IMG/VR virus record: IMGVR_UViG_3300045988_115217
Origin: a virus
Length of the DNA: 64,000 nucleotides
Reading direction: 5' to 3' (one strand)
A program made the translations under genes and the position numbers. A model generated the notes under the pieces. It made no database searches, was not told the DNA's origin, and saw only the letters and a program-made list of their open reading frames with translations. Below, piece after piece: positions 45,170 through 52,450 of the stretch; positions within the stretch are counted from its first letter, which is position 1, and the number at the start of each line of letters is the position of its first letter.

Positions 45170-45281
45170 GAAGAATAAGCGTGAAATCGAGCAGCCAGTG
45201 TACTGACCCACCCGATTTATTCTTCTCGGTCGCAAAATTAAGAATAAAAATTGAAATAACAAAATAAAAGAAAGGAAAATT
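45170..45281 (+). promoter_or_regulatory. Structured leader upstream of queD-queE with mutually exclusive pairings
   Basis: gaagaataa (45170) / ttattcttc (45217) / aagaataa (45240), A-rich tail to ATG. Confidence 0.3.
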
Positions 45282-45641
45282 ATGTATTACGTTTCAAAAA
45301 GAATGGAGATTGCCGCTTGTCATAAGCTGAATCTTTCTTATGAAAGCAAGTGTGCTAACCTTCACGGGCATAATTGGATTATTACTGTCTATTGCAAGGC
45401 TGAAAAGCTGAACAAGGATGGTATGGTGATGGATTTTAAGCATCTTAAACAGAAGATTCATGGTTATCTCGACCACGGAAATCTTAATAAGCTTTTGTCT
45501 TTCAATCCTACCGCTGAGAATATTGCTGAGTGGGTTACTGAGCAGTTCCCAGAGTGCTACAAGACACAGGTACAGGAGAGTGAAGGCAATATCGCCGTTT
45601 ATTGTGATGATTATAAGATTGACGGAAAGGAGGCTCTCTAA
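45282..45641 (+). CDS. queD: 6-carboxy-5,6,7,8-tetrahydropterin synthase
   Basis: CHKLN...NLHGHNW...VMDF PTPS motifs. Confidence 0.88.
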   Translation: MYYVSKRMEIAACHKLNLSYESKCANLHGHNWIITVYCKAEKLNKDGMVMDFKHLKQKIHGYLDHGNLNKLLSFNPTAENIAEWVTEQFPECYKTQVQESEGNIAVYCDDYKIDGKEAL

Positions 45642-46231
45642 TGGCTAAGTACAAAGTAAACGAAATCTTCTACTCTATCCAAGGTGAGGGAAGACACGCA
45701 GGCAGAGCGGCTATCTTCGTCCGTTTCTCGGGTTGTAATTTAAAATGTCCTTTCTGTGATACTGATTTTAAGAAGTATGAGGAAATGGGAGCTATTGATA
45801 TTCTGAATAAGATTCAGTTGCTCTCACCCGATTGTAAATTCGTTATCTTTACGGGCGGTGAGCCTACATTGCAAGTGGATGAGGAGCTTACTACCCTTCT
45901 CCAAAATTGGGGCTATTATATTGCTATGGAGACCAACGGAACGCACAAGATTCCAGGCGGTATCAACTGGGTTACATGCTCTCCTAAGTGCTTATTCGTT
46001 AAGGGCGCAGAACCTATCATTAAGGTTGCTACTGAGGTAAAGGTTGTCTTTGATGGTGAGCACGAGATTACCGATTGCAATATTGATGCAGATTACTACT
46101 ACGTTCAGCCTTGTGATACGGGCGATACAAAGAAGAATGCCGAGATTCTGAAACAGACAGTTGCTTTCGTAGAGGCTAACCCTAAGTGGCGACTTTCTTT
46201 ACAGCAGCAGAAGATTCTCAACGTGAAGTAA
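45641..46231 (+). CDS. queE: 7-carboxy-7-deazaguanine synthase (radical SAM)
   Basis: EIFYSIQGEG...FVRFSGCNLKCPFCDT. Confidence 0.88.
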   Translation: MAKYKVNEIFYSIQGEGRHAGRAAIFVRFSGCNLKCPFCDTDFKKYEEMGAIDILNKIQLLSPDCKFVIFTGGEPTLQVDEELTTLLQNWGYYIAMETNGTHKIPGGINWVTCSPKCLFVKGAEPIIKVATEVKVVFDGEHEITDCNIDADYYYVQPCDTGDTKKNAEILKQTVAFVEANPKWRLSLQQQKILNVK

Positions 46232-46243
46232 ATCATTTTGCCT

Positions 46244-46459
46244 ATGAATAAGAAGAAAAAAGAAAGCTCAACAAAGTATCGCCCTATCTGCTTTTATTGT
46301 GGTGGGGTGATTTGTTGAGATTCATCAGGTGACCGCAGCGAGGATGATGATTCTGTAGTGGACTTCTATCATTGTATGAAATGCGGTGCTTCTTATGAGG
46401 TATGTCAGCCAAATGAGGAGGAGAAACAAGATTATAAAGAATATTGGAAAGGTAAATAA
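46244..46459 (+). CDS. Zinc-ribbon mini-protein interrupted by in-frame TGA (46316-46318)
   Basis: MNKKKKESSTKYRPICFYCGGVIC*DSSGDRSEDDDSVVDFYHCMKCGASYEVCQP...; the CxxC pairs lie on either side of the stop. Confidence 0.4.
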
Positions 46460-46460
46460 T

Positions 46461-47063
46461 ATGGCTAAGATTACAAAAGAAACAGCAGAAAAGCATATCA
46501 AAGAACTCTTGGAGTATATCGGTGAAGACCCTAACCGCAAGGGCTTAGAGGGCACACCTGACCGCATTATCAGAATGTGGAAAGAAATATTCAGAGGTTA
46601 TGACCCTTCACAGAAGCCGAAGATTACCACCTTTGATAACGGCAAGGATGGTATCGTCTATGATAACATGGTTATCGACCAAGGCGATTTCCATTCAAAC
46701 TGCGAGCATCATTGTGTTTGGTTTTGGGGCAAGTATTGGTTCGCATATATTCCGAACCCAAAGGGAAAGATTCTCGGTATCTCTAAGATTGGTCGTGTAG
46801 TTGATTACTGCTCCGCTCGCTTACAGATACAGGAGCGATTGGTACACGATATCGTAGATATGCTGAAAGATGCTCTCGGTAGCGAATACCCACCACTTGG
46901 TATTGCTCTCGTGATGAAGGGTCATCATTCTTGCAAAGAGTTCAGAGGCGCAAAGAAGAAGGGCATTATGACCTCTTCTTACCTTGAAGGTGCTTTCAAA
47001 GATGACCCACAAGTGAGGGCTGAGTTTATGAACCTCGTAAATGGTGATAAGTATGAAGGTTAA
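46461..47063 (+). CDS. folE: GTP cyclohydrolase I
   Basis: Start at MAKITKE; EGTPDRI, SNCEHHC, ARLQIQERL motifs. Confidence 0.88.
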   Translation: MAKITKETAEKHIKELLEYIGEDPNRKGLEGTPDRIIRMWKEIFRGYDPSQKPKITTFDNGKDGIVYDNMVIDQGDFHSNCEHHCVWFWGKYWFAYIPNPKGKILGISKIGRVVDYCSARLQIQERLVHDIVDMLKDALGSEYPPLGIALVMKGHHSCKEFRGAKKKGIMTSSYLEGAFKDDPQVRAEFMNLVNGDKYEG

Positions 47064-47340
47064 GTCAGTCAAAACAAAAATCTTGGAGGAAGTGGGATTT
47101 CTGCTTCCTACCAAGAAGCTTCTTTCCTCTAAAGAAAAGGTTGAAATCATGGAGCAGTTCTTGATGATGCCTGCGAGCCAGATAGTGACCTTGCAACAAG
47201 ATGGACGTAAGTCGTCTTTTGTTCAACAGATAGCAAAGCTACTCTATGACAACAATCTTGGAGAGTACTTTAATGTGCTGAAAATGTGCCGAGATATGGC
47301 AGCAGAGGAAGAAGAAAATAAAGGTGCTTTTCTTAAATAA
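47053..47340 (+). CDS. Hypothetical protein
   Basis: ~95 aa ORF overlapping folE end (ATG 47041 or 47053). Confidence 0.5.
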   Translation: MKVKSVKTKILEEVGFLLPTKKLLSSKEKVEIMEQFLMMPASQIVTLQQDGRKSSFVQQIAKLLYDNNLGEYFNVLKMCRDMAAEEEENKGAFLK

Positions 47341-47381
47341 AAGCTATTGTTGGGAATAAATTAGGAATAAAAGTTATTAAT

Positions 47382-47882
47382 ATGCCATTATCAAGAGATG
47401 AAAGCAAGCGAAAAAAACAGCTTGCAAACCTTGAAAAAGGTAAGTTTAAGAAAGGTGGAGTTGGCAACCCCAAGGGCAGACCACCAAAGCCTAAGACGAT
47501 GTCATTGTTCATCGAAGAAATGAAGGAGAAGGGTTACGAAGTGCCTTCCTCTCAGATTATCGCAGAGTCTTTTCTGTATATCGCTACCCTGCCCGAAGAC
47601 GAATTGAAGGCGGTGTTGGCTGATAAGTCACGCCCGATGATGCAACGCATTATTGCCAAGGGAATACTTGACAAGAAAGGACTTGATGTGCTCGAAAGGG
47701 TTATTGATAGAGCCTACGGAAAGATTCAGCGCATTGACCTTACAAGCAAGGGCGAGCAGATTAAGCAAGACCCATTGCAAGTACACGTTGTTACCAATAA
47801 TGAAGAGTATCAGAAGATTCTCGCCGAGATTCAGAAAGAGAAGGAAAAGAAGGATGCTGAGCCAGACAGGACAGCGGAATGA
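47382..47882 (+). CDS. Putative terminase small subunit
   Basis: Basic N-terminus GGVGNPKGRPPKPKT, located immediately upstream of terL. Confidence 0.55.
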   Translation: MPLSRDESKRKKQLANLEKGKFKKGGVGNPKGRPPKPKTMSLFIEEMKEKGYEVPSSQIIAESFLYIATLPEDELKAVLADKSRPMMQRIIAKGILDKKGLDVLERVIDRAYGKIQRIDLTSKGEQIKQDPLQVHVVTNNEEYQKILAEIQKEKEKKDAEPDRTAE

Positions 47883-47912
47883 TAAAAGAAGCAAATAAAG
47901 GATAATAGAGAT

Positions 47913-49103
47913 ATGCCGCACGTATATTTAGCAAAGAACTACATGAGGGTAAAGGCAGCGAAGGAAGCAGGGTTCACAACTTGCTCTCTTCAAGGAAGTT
48001 CACGTTCAGCCAAGACCTACTCGGTTGTGCAGTTCCTTTGTATGCTTTGCTTCAACAATGCTGGAACGACCGTTTCCATCATTCGTGCTGGTATGCCTTC
48101 CATCAAACGAACTGTCTATCGTGACTTCAATGATATAATGCTTAACCTTGGTTGGTGGAACGATAAGTGCATGAATAAATCGGAGTTCGTTTATACCTTC
48201 CCAAACGGCTCTTGGATTGAGTTCTTCTCTACCGATAACGAGCAGAAGGTGCGTGGTTCTAAGCGTAAGATACTTTTCGTAAATGAGGCAAATGAGCTTT
48301 CTTTCATCGAATGGCAGCAGCTACAGATGCGTACCACGGAGTTCTCTATCCTTGATTATAACCCTTCCTTCTCAGAAGACCATTGGATAAATCAGGTAAA
48401 TGAGGAGAAAAGTACTTATTGGTTCATATCCACATATAAGGATAACCCTTTCCTCGAACCAAAGGTTATCGCTGAGATTGAGAGCCTTAAATGGAAAAAT
48501 CCGAGCCTTTGGCGTATCTATGGTTTGGGATTGCGCTCTATGGTTGAGGGCTTGATTTTTAAAAACGTGGTCATTGACGACTATATACCAGTAGAAGCGT
48601 ACAGGCATCATTATCGTGGAATGGATTTCGGCTATGCTTCTGACCCAACCGCTATTATTGATGTATTTATATGGGGGAAGAATATATATATTGATGAGGT
48701 ATGTTATCAGACCAAAATGCTTTCCTCTGATATTATTCGAGTATTGAAGGAGAATAAAAATAATACAGAGGTTATATCTGAGTGTGCTGACCCTCGATTG
48801 ATAGACGAAATCTATAACGCTGGTATTGATATAAAGCCTGTTAAGAAATTTCCTGGCTCTATTCAGGCTGGTATAATGAAGATGCTTGAATATACAATCC
48901 ATATAACCAAACGCTCTACGAATATAAGGAGAGAGTTTAATAACTATACTTGGCGACAGGATAAAGAAGGAAAGTGGTTAAACGAGCCTATTGATATGTA
49001 TAATCACGGAATAGACGGATGCCGTTATGTTGTCATGGAGAAGTTATTAGGCGATTACGGAAGCGGTATGCAAGCCGCCGATATTCTCGGTCTGATGGGT
49101 TAA
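47913..49103 (+). CDS. terL: Terminase large subunit (PBSX/Terminase_3-like)
   Basis: Walker A QGSSRSAKT, Walker B ILFVNEA, nuclease GMDFGYASDP ... NHGIDGCRY. Confidence 0.9.
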   Translation: MPHVYLAKNYMRVKAAKEAGFTTCSLQGSSRSAKTYSVVQFLCMLCFNNAGTTVSIIRAGMPSIKRTVYRDFNDIMLNLGWWNDKCMNKSEFVYTFPNGSWIEFFSTDNEQKVRGSKRKILFVNEANELSFIEWQQLQMRTTEFSILDYNPSFSEDHWINQVNEEKSTYWFISTYKDNPFLEPKVIAEIESLKWKNPSLWRIYGLGLRSMVEGLIFKNVVIDDYIPVEAYRHHYRGMDFGYASDPTAIIDVFIWGKNIYIDEVCYQTKMLSSDIIRVLKENKNNTEVISECADPRLIDEIYNAGIDIKPVKKFPGSIQAGIMKMLEYTIHITKRSTNIRREFNNYTWRQDKEGKWLNEPIDMYNHGIDGCRYVVMEKLLGDYGSGMQAADILGLMG

Positions 49104-49109
49104 ATCGAA

Positions 49110-49316
49110 ATGCTTATGAAACGAATATATGATAAACAGCCAAGGGAACATCATCGCAAACGCTCCCACTATAATAGCAGAGGGGTAGCCAAATTATCCT
49201 TTGACAATGAGAAGGCAGCCGCAAGATACATAAAGAAAAAGCGGATGCTCGGTTACTCGGCATATCTTTGTAGCGAGTGCAATCATTGGCATATAGGAAG
49301 GAGTAAAACAAAATAA
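49110..49316 (+). CDS. Small basic Cys-containing protein
   Basis: 68 aa; CSECNHWH. Confidence 0.5.
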   Translation: MLMKRIYDKQPREHHRKRSHYNSRGVAKLSFDNEKAAARYIKKKRMLGYSAYLCSECNHWHIGRSKTK

Positions 49317-49349
49317 AGCAGAGAAGAAATTCTCTTCCCTGCTCAATTC

Positions 49350-49523
49350 CTATGATAGTTCTACATTCTTTACTAACCAATCGCCAACCGTAAGATGTTC
49401 GGCTTCTGCTTTGTGCCTTAACAATAAAAGATAGTCTTTATCAATAGACGTATGAAGCATTATTTTGTTGAGCTTCTTGCGCCCTGCTCCTATCCTTGCA
49501 CCTCCGCTTCCTTTCTTTCTCAT
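49350..49523 (-). CDS. Small basic / ribbon-helix-helix-like protein (57 aa)
   Basis: Hand-translated MRKKGSGGARIGAGRKKLNKIMLHTSIDKDYLLLLRHKAEAEHLTVGDWLVKNVELS. Confidence 0.5.
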   Translation of the reverse strand: MRKKGSGGARIGAGRKKLNKIMLHTSIDKDYLLLLRHKAEAEHLTVGDWLVKNVELS

Positions 49524-49612
49524 TTTATTGCTTTGACCGTGATAGCGAGGGCTAAAATCTTAATTAATATTAATAATTCGGGTAAAATGATACACCGTAT
49601 TGTTTTATTTCT

Positions 49613-49620
49613 TAAATTTG
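49613..49620 (+). promoter_or_regulatory. -7 box TAAATTTG
   Basis: TAnnTTTG, no ORF downstream. Confidence 0.45.
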
Positions 49621-49626
49621 CACATG

Positions 49627-49799
49627 TCTTCGGAAGACTTTAATCGTACCTTTATGGAATTGAAAGAAACATAGAACTTCCGTTGATGGTCAATTCTTCG
49701 GAATTGCGGATTTAAACGCTCATAAAGAGCAAATTTCTACTATCGTAGATGTCAGACTGTAATGGTCTGTGGTAGCCCCAGCTTAGGTTGGGGCTTTTT
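49627..49799 (+). ncRNA. Candidate structured small RNA (~170 nt)
   Basis: Hairpins gtcttcggaagac, caattcTTCGgaattg (UUCG loop), cagac..gtctg, then terminator agcccca/tggggct + T5; no ORF >9 codons. Confidence 0.4.
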
Positions 49800-49822
49800 C
49801 ATTCTATCACGTCCGTAGAAAT

Positions 49823-50125
49823 TTACTTTAATTGCTTTTTGAGCAAATTAAATATCATATCTTCCTCTGCTTCATTGAGGTTATAACAGGCGTGAGGGAC
49901 GATGGTAGTTTTATTATTATCTCGATGTAAATAGATAATGTTCGCATTCTCATGCCATGAACGTGGTTTATAGCATCGCTTTACCATTTCAGAGAACGAT
50001 ATATTCTCCTTCTTTGCGTAGTCAGTGTCCCAGATATTGATGAGGGCGACAATCTGCTTCCAACTTAATTCGGTTAAGTCGATATTTCCATTTTCCTTCA
50101 CCGTTTTTTCTAATATATTCTCCAT
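49823..50125 (-). CDS. Hypothetical protein
   Basis: 100-aa ORF. Confidence 0.55.
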   Translation of the reverse strand: MENILEKTVKENGNIDLTELSWKQIVALINIWDTDYAKKENISFSEMVKRCYKPRSWHENANIIYLHRDNNKTTIVPHACYNLNEAEEDMIFNLLKKQLK

Positions 50126-50191
50126 GATTTTCCGCTTTGCCGTGTTGCGGTAGGGCTTAGTATGAGGGGTGGTTAGCCCATCGTTTCCTTA

Positions 50192-50395
50192 TTATTCTTC
50201 TATCTCGCCTACGTATGCGACATCAATATCATGTAATGACTTGATAAATTTCCAGGTATTTTCATCGGTATGATAATACCCATTGCATGTACATAAATGA
50301 ACTGCTTTTTCAAAACTACTATTTTTCTTTTTAATAGATAGTATTCGCTTTTCAGCATTTTTCCCTCCTAAAATTACAAATTGTATTATCTTCAT
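50192..50395 (-). CDS. Hypothetical protein
   Basis: 67-aa ORF. Confidence 0.5.
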   Translation of the reverse strand: MKIIQFVILGGKNAEKRILSIKKKNSSFEKAVHLCTCNGYYHTDENTWKFIKSLHDIDVAYVGEIEE

Positions 50396-50440
50396 AATAA
50401 TGCGCTTAACCGTGATGCGCTTAGGGCTATTTGATTATTA

Positions 50441-50737
50441 TTAATCGGTTGTTGCAATAAAATCAAATTCATCTTCAATCATATCGTCCTTCCAAACAAT
50501 AGCTTTAACTTCGTCTAAGGTCTTTCTCCAGCTTTCGATAGAGAATATAAACTCTATTATCTCGCCGTTGTCGCTATTATATGAAATAGACCATTCATTG
50601 CTATCTACTTCATTGATGCAAAACTTCTTTTCGCTTGCCTTGCTTAACTGTTCGAGGTCGAATGAAATCGTGAACGTCAAGCTTTTCTTTTTGCCGATGA
50701 TTGCTGAACCATCCTTGCGTGTAATTTTAATCTTCAT
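50441..50737 (-). CDS. Hypothetical protein
   Basis: 98-aa ORF with ATAGGAGATACAACA-ATG leader. Confidence 0.6.
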   Translation of the reverse strand: MKIKITRKDGSAIIGKKKSLTFTISFDLEQLSKASEKKFCINEVDSNEWSISYNSDNGEIIEFIFSIESWRKTLDEVKAIVWKDDMIEDEFDFIATTD

Positions 50738-50770
50738 TGTTGTATCTCCTATTATTAATTATTTACACCG

Positions 50771-50778
50771 CAAAAATA
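50771..50778 (-). promoter_or_regulatory. -7 box TATTTTTG (early-type)
   Basis: Forward caccgcaaaaata; 34 nt upstream of ATG 50737. Confidence 0.55.
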
Positions 50779-50901
50779 CTAATTTATTTTGAAATCACAA
50801 AACCTTTTTCAAAATATCTTTTTGATTTTAAAATATTTTAAGGTCTAACTAATTGTTTACACGGAAAGTCTTAAAACTTTTAATACAAAATGTTTATTTG
50901 C

Positions 50902-50909
50902 TAACTTTG
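50902..50909 (+). promoter_or_regulatory. -7 box TAACTTTG
   Basis: 28 nt upstream of portal ATG. Confidence 0.5.
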
Positions 50910-50936
50910 CCTTTGTTATAACAAAAATATTCATAT

Positions 50937-52442
50937 ATGAAAACGATACAAGAAATATTATCAATGCCAGAGGCAAGTGATGTGCATAAATACCTTACGG
51001 CAAGAAAACAAGGCTTCAGAACTCCATTGACAGTCCTTGAAGAACAATGGAATCCAGTGAGCCATCGGGTAATGGATAAGGAATTTCGTAAGAATAAGAT
51101 AATTAACGTTCCGACTGGGCAAACCAATCCTATTACAGGAAAGCCTGAATACAAGAAAAAAGAGGTCAACGTTGTGCGTATCGCTATCCCAATACAAAAG
51201 TCTATCGTAAATCTCACGGTAGGCTTCTTGCTTATGAATGCCGTTACCTATAAGGCTACGGCTCATGGCGTTGATATAAAGAAAATGAATGACAAGCAAC
51301 AGAAGCTCTATGACGGCATTATGCATTGCTTCCACGATAATAAAATGAAATACTTCGACAAGAGGCTTGCACGCACCATCTTCAAGGAGTGCGAAGCTGC
51401 CGAACTCTGGTATCAGCCTACCGATGCCGAAGGAAAACTCCGTGGTGATATTCGGGTACAACTGCTCAGTCCTTCACGAGGCGATAAACTCTATCCACAT
51501 TTTAACGATTATCATATTATGGATGGCTTTGCTCGTGAGTACTATGTATTTGATGAACTTGGCAATTCTGAGTTACATTTCGATGTATATGATGATAGGT
51601 TCTGCTATCAGTATGTAAACGACCTGAAAAGCGGATGGAAGCTCATTAAAGCCTTGCCACATGGCTTTAGCAAAATACCAGTTGTCTATTATAGACAAGA
51701 CCAGGCAGAGTGGGAAGATGTACAATGGGCTATTGAAAGAGTGGAGACTTGTATCTCAAATTGGGGAGATACGAATGATTATTTCGGCACGCCAAAATAC
51801 TTTGTCAAAGGACGCTTGGAAGGCTTCGCAGAGAAAGGAGAGCAGGGTTCTGTTTTCGTAGGTGGTGACAGTTCGCAAATGAGCGTGCTTTCGTGGGATT
51901 CTTCGCCTGAAAGTGTAAAGGGAGAAATCGCATATCTCTTCAATATTATCTATTCGTTTACATCTGTCGCAGATATAAGCTTTGAGAATATGAAAACCCT
52001 TGGTAATAACACATCGGGTGCTGCTATCCGCTTGATGTTTACCGCTCCTTACATGAAAGCAGATTTGAAAACAGAAATGTTTGGCGAAATGTTCACTCGT
52101 CGTTGCAATATTGTAGCAAACGGCATCAGTTATAGTGGCGCATATATAAAGGGTATTGATGAGAATACGGCTGAGCAAATCGACTTCGAGCCTATTTTTA
52201 AACCGTATCTTCCAAAGAATGATGTAGAGTTATTGCAACTTATCACTTCATCCAATGGTGGTGCTAAATCTACTTCTAATCGCCGTGCCATTGAACTTAA
52301 CCCTCTTAATGATGACCCTGATAAGGTTGAGGAAGAAATGAAGAGTGAACAGGAAGAAGCGTTGGCGCAGCAAGCAGCCCTTTCGGGACTTGGTAGTGCC
52401 GCAAGTGGAGAGCAATCAGTTTCCAATGAAGAAGATGAATAA
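50937..52442 (+). CDS. Portal protein (SPP1 gp6-like)
   Basis: 501 aa, acidic C-terminus, followed directly by MuF-like gene. Confidence 0.75.
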   Translation: MKTIQEILSMPEASDVHKYLTARKQGFRTPLTVLEEQWNPVSHRVMDKEFRKNKIINVPTGQTNPITGKPEYKKKEVNVVRIAIPIQKSIVNLTVGFLLMNAVTYKATAHGVDIKKMNDKQQKLYDGIMHCFHDNKMKYFDKRLARTIFKECEAAELWYQPTDAEGKLRGDIRVQLLSPSRGDKLYPHFNDYHIMDGFAREYYVFDELGNSELHFDVYDDRFCYQYVNDLKSGWKLIKALPHGFSKIPVVYYRQDQAEWEDVQWAIERVETCISNWGDTNDYFGTPKYFVKGRLEGFAEKGEQGSVFVGGDSSQMSVLSWDSSPESVKGEIAYLFNIIYSFTSVADISFENMKTLGNNTSGAAIRLMFTAPYMKADLKTEMFGEMFTRRCNIVANGISYSGAYIKGIDENTAEQIDFEPIFKPYLPKNDVELLQLITSSNGGAKSTSNRRAIELNPLNDDPDKVEEEMKSEQEEALAQQAALSGLGSAASGEQSVSNEEDE

Positions 52443-52450
52443 GAATAACA

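Noticed and set aside
45231-45243. tcgcaaaattaag resembles the minus-strand early promoter block (ccgcaaaattaata)
   Set aside because: There is no minus-strand gene downstream of it, since all neighbours are plus-strand. I treat it as part of the queD leader structure, though an antisense promoter cannot be excluded.
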